A program made the position numbers and the translations under genes. A DNA stretch of 64,000 nucleotides from the IMG/VR virus record IMGVR_UViG_3300021519_000007, positions 11,998 to 75,997 of that record. One strand, given 5' to 3'. The notes beneath the pieces are model-generated. The model was not told the DNA's origin, ran no database searches, and saw only the letters and a list, made by a program, of their open reading frames with translations. This DNA is from a virus. Position 1 is the stretch's first letter, and each line of letters begins with the position of its first letter. Shown here one piece after another: positions 57,822 to 64,000 of the stretch.

Positions 57822-58268
57822 CTATACGGGCCAGTAGTAATCTAGTTTGTCTGTTTCTTCTGCCCAGTACTGACGATAGTGGTCAGGGTTTTTGCGCAGA
57901 AGGTTCGAACGATGTGATGCGTGAACACGATAATCCCCCCACCACTCGGGAACCAGTACACCGCTAGTGCGCTGGACGAATCCATCTCTGACGCCAATTG
58001 AAAAGGCATCGGTGATTTTGTCTCGACAGGTGTCTTCATATCCGCGCTTTTCCCACTCATCACAGATAGCATGAGCGTAGAACAGTAGACCCTCGGCGCA
58101 TTTACGCCACATATTACAGGCGGGATGGTTTTGCCAGCCCTTGGATGTACTGATGCCCGTGATCACATTCATGATTTGTAGGCACTCAACACGTTGTTTG
58201 CCAAGGCGCTGTCGATCAAGCACTACTGCGCATCCAGCGTAGGACTTTTCTGGTACAAAAGTCTGCAT
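57822..58268 (-). CDS. Pyrimidine-dimer DNA glycosylase-like (DenV/MSMEG_6728 family)
   Basis: 'MQTF.P', 'LDRQRLGKQRVECLQI', 'WQNHPA..MW', 'HASHRSNLLRK'. Confidence 0.85.
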   Translation of the reverse strand: MQTFVPEKSYAGCAVVLDRQRLGKQRVECLQIMNVITGISTSKGWQNHPACNMWRKCAEGLLFYAHAICDEWEKRGYEDTCRDKITDAFSIGVRDGFVQRTSGVLVPEWWGDYRVHASHRSNLLRKNPDHYRQYWAEETDKLDYYWPV

Positions 58269-58278
58269 GCTCTTTTCC

Positions 58279-58530
58279 TCACTTAGGGTTGTAGGGGTGC
58301 AGCCGGAGCAAGAACTCCAAGTGCTCCCGCATTTCCTGTTCGCCGCCCTCAATGATGTTGAGAAGTGATGCGATGTACTCGCAGATCTCAATCTGGCCAT
58401 CACGCAGAGCACGATCATAATCGCTGGCCAGACGGCCAAGGAGTAGATCGCGCCCCACATAGGAGTAACGAATGGGGTCGTGCTTGCGGCTGAACGGGTT
58501 GAGATCCGTAATCCATCGGAAGAGTCTCAT
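58279..58530 (-). CDS. Hypothetical protein
   Basis: 83 aa, SD AAGGA. Confidence 0.55.
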   Translation of the reverse strand: MRLFRWITDLNPFSRKHDPIRYSYVGRDLLLGRLASDYDRALRDGQIEICEYIASLLNIIEGGEQEMREHLEFLLRLHPYNPK

Positions 58531-58592
58531 TGTTTTCCTTTCGGTAAGAGAACTGAAGGCACCCGGCCCCTATCGACCGGGCTCCTTAAGTC

Positions 58593-59129
58593 CTAAAGAA
58601 TGATTGGAGGAGGCGTGGGACTACTCTCCCATTCCTCTTTCATCTGCTCAATTATTTCTGCATCGTGCTCAGATACCGGCTCGTCTTCGCCCAGCAGGGT
58701 ATCCCAGTCATCCTCAGTCAGATTGTCGATCTCCTCCTGAGTCATGTCGGCAAGGGGATTGACGGTGATGTTTGCCACGACACCGTTGCCAAAGTCAAGA
58801 CGCTTAGCCAATGTGCCATAAACGTCTGTGATTTCCTGTGGGAACGAATCGAACACGCTCTGCGATACGCTGATAGCGAGGACAACTCCGGGCTTACGAT
58901 TGTTGAGATCGTTCTCGAAGTCATTGGTCGGCTCGCATGTATTCGCTCCAACTAGAGCAGACACACCCGGCATAATGACGGACATCATCGTGTCCTCCAT
59001 CACATACCGCATGGGCCTATCCATGGGCTCACCTGTCGAAGAACGCACGCTGTCGATGCCCATCTTCATTAGATGAACTCGGAACGTGCCGGTTTTGACG
59101 CTGTCTGCGTCGGGGGTCATGCCTTCCAT
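58593..59129 (-). CDS. Acidic hypothetical protein
   Basis: Start moved to MEGMTPD after SD AAAGGA. Confidence 0.6.
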   Translation of the reverse strand: MEGMTPDADSVKTGTFRVHLMKMGIDSVRSSTGEPMDRPMRYVMEDTMMSVIMPGVSALVGANTCEPTNDFENDLNNRKPGVVLAISVSQSVFDSFPQEITDVYGTLAKRLDFGNGVVANITVNPLADMTQEEIDNLTEDDWDTLLGEDEPVSEHDAEIIEQMKEEWESSPTPPPIIL

Positions 59130-59237
59130 AATCGTTTCCTTTCTTATGGATAGATCGTGGGAGTCATCTTGCTCCCGGTTAAGTGTGTTGTCGCCGCTCA
59201 TCGGGACAACCCTACTCTCTTTACAAATTCCGAACAA

Positions 59238-59717
59238 CTACCAGATTTCAAAGCCACCGCAGAAGCGAAGGAACCCAGCGAACTCCTTCATCACCTCAGC
59301 GTCCATGTAGTAACTGGTGCCAAATGGACGGCGCTGGCCCTTACCATCGCAGCCGTTGCATGGCTTGTCGGGGCCACCGAACCCAAACTTGACGGCCATG
59401 TCATCGTCACGCCAACCCCTGCCTTCGCAGATTGTGCACTCCTCATCGGGCAGGGCGGCCATCTCCTGCTCGTATTCAAAGATATAGGCTGTGAGTTTTC
59501 CGCTTTCGATATCCTTGTCGAGAAGATCGGCAAGAGCCGCAGAGTCCTCGGCGTTGAGTCCGTCACCGTCGTTGGAGTGAGCGTACTTTACTTTGGCGGC
59601 GTAGTAAGGGTGCTCGTCGGCTACATACCCCCATAACGGGTGCCAGTACCAGACGTTGGCCCGGAAGTATTCTCCGGTTTGATTTTCGGGCGCTTTGCCC
59701 ATGACATCCATGCCCAT
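59238..59717 (-). CDS. Conserved phage protein with DnaJ-type zinc finger insert
   Basis: 'YFRANVWYWHPLW'; CxxCxGxG twice; 'FLRFCGGFEIW'. Confidence 0.7.
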   Translation of the reverse strand: MGMDVMGKAPENQTGEYFRANVWYWHPLWGYVADEHPYYAAKVKYAHSNDGDGLNAEDSAALADLLDKDIESGKLTAYIFEYEQEMAALPDEECTICEGRGWRDDDMAVKFGFGGPDKPCNGCDGKGQRRPFGTSYYMDAEVMKEFAGFLRFCGGFEIW

Positions 59718-59722
59718 GATGA

Positions 59723-60154
59723 CTACTCCTTGTTGTTGTTGTTCTCGTTGTCTGACGTGATGCCCTGCAGAAAGCGCTCCATTGCAGCGAAGCCGTCGTT
59801 CATGTTGCGCGTTATCTCCGTCTCAGTCATTTCAGTCTCAACGATTTTGATCTTCTTATCGTCTGTGAAGATGACGCTGCGCTTCACGTTTGGTTTTGCA
59901 AGAAGCGTTTCAACGGTTCTCACCATGTTCATGGCCATATTCATGATGCCCATACCGGCCACGACATCTTGATACGGGATATCAGCAGCCCCGGGGTCGA
60001 CCATACCGGCGTCAATCCCCTGAGCGGTGATGCTCTGCATTGCTTCGATATCATTTGGATCCATCTTGTCGATAGTCTCCTCAACATCATTAGCGCAGAT
60101 TCGAATCAGATCGATCAGCAGTTCGGTGTCGATGTACTTGCCCATCGTAATCAC
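59723..60154 (-). CDS. Hypothetical protein
   Basis: 143 aa, SD AAGGAAGG. Confidence 0.6.
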   Translation of the reverse strand: MITMGKYIDTELLIDLIRICANDVEETIDKMDPNDIEAMQSITAQGIDAGMVDPGAADIPYQDVVAGMGIMNMAMNMVRTVETLLAKPNVKRSVIFTDDKKIKIVETEMTETEITRNMNDGFAAMERFLQGITSDNENNNNKE

Positions 60155-60185
60155 CCTTCCTTTCTTGTTGTTTCCTGTTTCCAGA

Positions 60186-61112
60186 TTACCACATTACACG
60201 ACTTGTTTCGTGCCACTGTGCGTTCTTGTTCATACTGTTTTGCGAACCAGATTTTGCGATATATTCAAGTTCAGAAACATATGTGTTGTTAAGCACGTTT
60301 AGCGCCTTTTGAAGCATTTCAAACTTCTCACGGTACCATTTCTTACGCCTAACCGATGTACCAAAGTTCTTTATGGCCTGAGTCGACGTCGATGCAATCA
60401 TATGCTGGATACGCCAAGTGTAGTGCGAACTGGACATTAGCGCTGGCACCGTGATATTATCCAATTCACAATACGAATCCCATTGACTAAACAAGTCGCA
60501 AATCTCTGGGCTAATGCCAAACGATTCGTGCTTTCCGTCGGCGATAACCACACCGACACCAAGCGACTTGTCCTTATCAAAATGGTCCATCCACTTGGTC
60601 GGCATCTTCTTGCCTTTGCAGGCATACCAATTTCGATATTTGTGCCAGATATCAAAGTTTGTTCCTGCTTTCTCATTATAGAGGGCATTGAAGAAGTAGT
60701 TCGGGGCGCTAGATTGCTTTACGGCACCGTACCTCAAGTACAACTCCAGCCAGAACTCGGCATAACGACTGAGCGCATTTCCTATGTTGGAGCACGCGCC
60801 GTCACCAGCAATGTTTCCGAACCCTATGCGTAGAACCATGTCAATAGCGGCGTCCTCAATAGACACAAAGCATCCGGTCAACTCCCAATCATTGACGTAT
60901 TCCTTCACAACAGCGGGGTTCAATTGCATTGCAAGACGAGCCATGTTCCTGACAAGTGCGGCTGGCGTGGGCATCGAGGCAAAGTTGTCCCAGTCTTTGT
61001 ATGTCTCATGCTCCCTTCTAGCCGCATCGTTTTGATTCCGGAGTTTTTCATCGGCCTCGTACGCGTCAAGTTTTTGCCGCATCGTAATCATTTTGCTCTC
61101 TAAGGTTTCCAT
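60186..61112 (-). CDS. Hypothetical protein (ends RVMW)
   Basis: SD AGGAGG before METLE. Confidence 0.65.
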   Translation of the reverse strand: METLESKMITMRQKLDAYEADEKLRNQNDAARREHETYKDWDNFASMPTPAALVRNMARLAMQLNPAVVKEYVNDWELTGCFVSIEDAAIDMVLRIGFGNIAGDGACSNIGNALSRYAEFWLELYLRYGAVKQSSAPNYFFNALYNEKAGTNFDIWHKYRNWYACKGKKMPTKWMDHFDKDKSLGVGVVIADGKHESFGISPEICDLFSQWDSYCELDNITVPALMSSSHYTWRIQHMIASTSTQAIKNFGTSVRRKKWYREKFEMLQKALNVLNNTYVSELEYIAKSGSQNSMNKNAQWHETSRVMW

Positions 61113-61123
61113 CGTGGTACCTC

Positions 61124-61789
61124 CTACCACATCACTCGGGGTTTGTTGTCGACCGCTGCGTTTCGGGCATTACGAACACCATTGCTGGCGTCAATCGCAT
61201 ACCCGCTAAAGATCTCTCTCTCAGCAACGCGCATTGAAACAAGGATCTTATCGATCTTTGCTTCGGTGTTTTGAGTCAGGCGCTTTGCCCGCACAGCAGC
61301 ATCGGTATAAGGGTCTTGTGAAAGCATGTTCCTCCACTTAGTTATAAACTCAGAATGAGAAAGGCCTTGGCTAATGTCGGGAAAGTGGCGGCCACCCCTT
61401 TGCCTCATCTGAGTCCACTCAATCACGTCCACATCCTGAGTTAGAACGTGGTCCATGAACATATCCCAGAGAGATCGCCACTCGCACTCATACACACGAT
61501 AGCGTCTATTGCTGTGGCAAACAAGTTCTCGTGCGGCCTCATCAAGCGATTCAAAGCGCTTCCCATCGTCGATCTTTCGGCGATTTGCGTAGTCTTTCAC
61601 CTTGTCTTGATGGACGAGCATTTCCATCTGGGCAAGGATCTCAGCAATCTCAAAGGGGCTACGCGCAAACAGGAACTCATGGAACTGGCGAACGCGAATG
61701 CGCCTAAAGCGATCCCCCGCCTCGACCTGTTTCTTTCTCAGAACTTCATAACGTTCCTCAAGCGTGGTCTTTGCCACAGTGAACACCAT
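61124..61789 (-). CDS. Hypothetical protein (ends RVMW)
   Basis: Start at ATG 61789 or GTG 61777 after AGAAAGGA; the upstream extension overlaps the structured RNA. Confidence 0.6.
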   Translation of the reverse strand: MVFTVAKTTLEERYEVLRKKQVEAGDRFRRIRVRQFHEFLFARSPFEIAEILAQMEMLVHQDKVKDYANRRKIDDGKRFESLDEAARELVCHSNRRYRVYECEWRSLWDMFMDHVLTQDVDVIEWTQMRQRGGRHFPDISQGLSHSEFITKWRNMLSQDPYTDAAVRAKRLTQNTEAKIDKILVSMRVAEREIFSGYAIDASNGVRNARNAAVDNKPRVMW

Positions 61790-61811
61790 CCTTTCTGGGA
61801 TGTTTCTAAAC

Positions 61812-62162
61812 GGGATTGCACCAAGGGGTTTCGACACCCCCGCCCCCACATAGGATTGATAGGATCCATATGCAGACGCCCAACTGATCTTGGTGGTGCA
61901 GCAACGGTTATTCGACCGTTAGCGTTGGTGGTTGCCCCCAGCAATATTACTGGTTGGCGGCCTCAATCCAGGCTTCTCACTTTGCAGTTTATTCTCATGC
62001 TTGTGGAGACTCTGCTGACACTCAACCCTGAATAGGATATCTTGCTTTAGGCAGGCTTACCTAATAGTTTTCACAGACTCATACTCAGGAGCACGAACAA
62101 GACAAACCTAATAATACAACTGAGCCTTTTACTACATACCTCTTGCTCAGGAGGGTTAGGCG
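61812..62162 (-). ncRNA. Candidate large structured ncRNA
   Basis: ~350 nt without a credible CDS; dense nested helices, a probable pseudoknot and T-loop-like hairpins. Confidence 0.5.
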
Positions 62163-62170
62163 CTGATTAC

Positions 62171-62704
62171 TCAGCAATCAGGCCACTTTTCGTCGGTATC
62201 GTCCTCGCTGACAGCAGTCAGGTTTTTGAGGAAATCGTCAACATCGACCATTGCGTTGTTGACCACGTTATCGATCTCGACATCATCCATCGGGCGACGG
62301 AAGGCTTCGATGCCTCCACCACCCATGATCTCGTCACCATCGGCGAGGGCTGTCTTCTTTATGGAGTCGGGCAGTTCGATTCGCCGAATCTCAGCAATCG
62401 TGCCGGGAACGGCAGCGAACAAACCACCCTCGGCTGCGCTGAAGACGGAACTCAGAATCGTTTCGAGCATCTTGATGTGGAAGAACTTCATCGGATCCGC
62501 CTCATGGATCCTCACCAGTTCAGCGAACTCTTCGCTTTCCACGTCCATGCCCTGCTCAACACACCAGTTTCGCAAAGCGTCGGTGAGCATCTCAACGGCC
62601 TCTTGGGGCATCTCACCGGCATTGGTGAGGGTATCGTTGGCGACCTCTGCCATTGTCTGCGCGTACTTGCCGAAAGTTTCGGCATCGACCAGATACGGAT
62701 GCAT
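62171..62704 (-). CDS. Acidic hypothetical protein
   Basis: Start moved to MHPYL after SD AAGGAG. Confidence 0.6.
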   Translation of the reverse strand: MHPYLVDAETFGKYAQTMAEVANDTLTNAGEMPQEAVEMLTDALRNWCVEQGMDVESEEFAELVRIHEADPMKFFHIKMLETILSSVFSAAEGGLFAAVPGTIAEIRRIELPDSIKKTALADGDEIMGGGGIEAFRRPMDDVEIDNVVNNAMVDVDDFLKNLTAVSEDDTDEKWPDC

Positions 62705-62747
62705 CTGAATCACACTCCTTTCGTGAGTGTATGGGTTTTGTCTTGAC

Positions 62748-63782
62748 CTAGAAGTCTCGACCGGTCTCCGCTGCGATACGATGGGCGCAGCGCTTACTGA
62801 CGTCGACGATGACATTACTCAACTGGACACACATGTCGTCGACATCATGTGCATTGACTACGTATTTGCAGCCACGCTTGTTGCTGCTCTCGTAGCCAAG
62901 ATTGACGAGCAGGGTGTCTGCGTCGTAATCCTTGGCGATCTTCTCGATGAGACTGGAGCACTCATGCTCGCCAGCCCACTCACCATCGGTCACGATGAAC
63001 AGGAGGCGGTTGGGCATTGTCGAATCGGAGAGCGTCTGCTCAGCCAACTTGAGAGCAGGCAGGGGGTACGTGCCACCCTTGAGCCCAAACGGGAAGTACT
63101 CGTTGACTGGCAACTGTTGCTTGCGGCCAACAAGGATCTCAGCGTCGTCGCTGAACCCGATGATGCTAGAGGAGTTACCGGTCAGACGAACGGCAGAAGC
63201 GATCGACCACATAACCTGCGATGCGTGATCCATCATGTAGCCCATCGACGTGGACTGGTCGATCAGACCGACAACGTCGATGCCTGTCTCGTCAATGTCG
63301 TCAGGCAGGTACTTGTGGAACACCGCGAGTTTACTCTGCGGCGTCTGTGCGTAGATGACGTCACGGATGCTGACCCTACCGGAACGCTGATTGTCCAGCC
63401 ACTCGGCCTCAAGCGTAGACCTGAGGCGGTTGAGCATGATGCGTAGGTTGTTGCGAGCCACCAAGAACTTGGCGTCTGGCTCACTCGTCTTGCGATTGAT
63501 CTCGTCTACACCGTCCAGCATCATTCCGATGAGTGCTCGGCTGGTCTGATTGATGGCACGCTCAAGATCCTTGTCGTTAGCCATCATGTCGTCGACCATC
63601 TTCTGACGGTCGATATCGATCTGGGACTTCTGCTGGCGCAGTTCCTTGATCTGCTCAGGCGACATCTGAACGTTGGAGACAATCTCCAGCGGACTGACGC
63701 CATCCGGGTTCCAGCCAACACCGGGCACGTACTGAGCCTTGATCCCGCATTCGGGACAGGACTGGACGTTATGCTCTGTCAT
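62748..63782 (-). CDS. von Willebrand factor A (CobT-like) domain protein
   Basis: MIDAS 'DQSTSM', 'GGT', 'VTDG'; N-terminal CPEC. Confidence 0.85.
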   Translation of the reverse strand: MTEHNVQSCPECGIKAQYVPGVGWNPDGVSPLEIVSNVQMSPEQIKELRQQKSQIDIDRQKMVDDMMANDKDLERAINQTSRALIGMMLDGVDEINRKTSEPDAKFLVARNNLRIMLNRLRSTLEAEWLDNQRSGRVSIRDVIYAQTPQSKLAVFHKYLPDDIDETGIDVVGLIDQSTSMGYMMDHASQVMWSIASAVRLTGNSSSIIGFSDDAEILVGRKQQLPVNEYFPFGLKGGTYPLPALKLAEQTLSDSTMPNRLLFIVTDGEWAGEHECSSLIEKIAKDYDADTLLVNLGYESSNKRGCKYVVNAHDVDDMCVQLSNVIVDVSKRCAHRIAAETGRDF

Positions 63783-63824
63783 GAGCGTCTACCTCCTCGG
63801 TAGGTTGTTGCGTTCTTTTCTAGA

Positions 63825-63998
63825 CTAGTGACTCTTACTGCCACCGCAGGTACCGCAGCGACAGTCGTCACCACCACCGATCTGGTGGTAGTAACCGTCG
63901 TTAGGACTGCCACCCTCGCCCTTGTTAATGGGCTTGTCTGGCTTGCCATCACCATCGCCGGGGCCATCGCCGGGGCCATCGCCGGGGCCATCGCCATC
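63825..63998 (-). CDS. C-terminal part of an upstream protein with acidic GD linker (partial)
   Basis: The credible frame reads DGDGPGDGPGDGPGDGDGKPDKP...CRCGTCGGSKSH*, not the MAPA frame given in the ORF track. Confidence 0.65.
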   Translation of the reverse strand, partial: DGDGPGDGPGDGPGDGDGKPDKPINKGEGGSPNDGYYHQIGGGDDCRCGTCGGSKSH

Positions 63999-64000
63999 AC

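Noticed and set aside
61812-62162. Calling the structured region a tmRNA
   Set aside because: There is no GGGG 5' end with G3-U70, no canonical T-arm/acceptor geometry, and the putative resume frame reads only AK-stop. Kept as an unassigned ncRNA.
1-64000. Stop-codon reassignment (TAG read as sense)
   Set aside because: Long genes are intact in code 11, and TAG ends genes right before the next start (e.g. 6028, 21802).
63779-64000. ORF-track protein MMAMAPAMAPA
   Set aside because: It is an alternative frame of the tandem repeat; the GDGP acidic-linker frame ending at 63825 is more credible.

Overview
This window is part of a large tailed dsDNA phage genome. It has a contractile tail, and its gene order and protein style resemble Bxz1/cluster C-type actinobacteriophage myoviruses; an actinobacterial host is inferred. 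Essentially all real genes are on the minus strand, and the many plus-strand ORFs are shadows. Reading in the direction of transcription (right to left), ~64000-44000 is an early/middle accessory region. It holds a vWA protein, a DenV-like glycosylase, Ku, a Gp88-like protein, an HExxH protein, a HicA-like RNase, an SNF2 helicase, two secreted Rpf/lysozyme-like enzymes, dUTPase, tRNA-Glu(UUC), tRNA-Arg(UCU) and several structured non-coding segments. ~43900-1 is the virion block: an HD-domain protein, fibre proteins, putative head cargo proteins, protease/scaffold, decoration protein, major capsid, neck proteins, a GT2-TPR glycosyltransferase, sheath, tube, frameshifted tail chaperones, tape measure, hub and baseplate. 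No portal, terminase or lysis cassette was recognised here. Main leads: (1) a [KR]-x-A motif that punctuates head proteins and also precedes an HD domain derived from a CCA-adding enzyme but lacking its catalytic head, suggesting protease-released injected cargo; (2) a ~350-nt pseudoknotted ncRNA candidate and two smaller structured RNAs, one a tRNA mimic with no D-arm; (3) a secreted Rpf/lysozyme pair behind a structured, riboswitch-like leader; (4) a possible vWA protein split through a zinc site. All family assignments are from motif recognition by eye; no searches were run.
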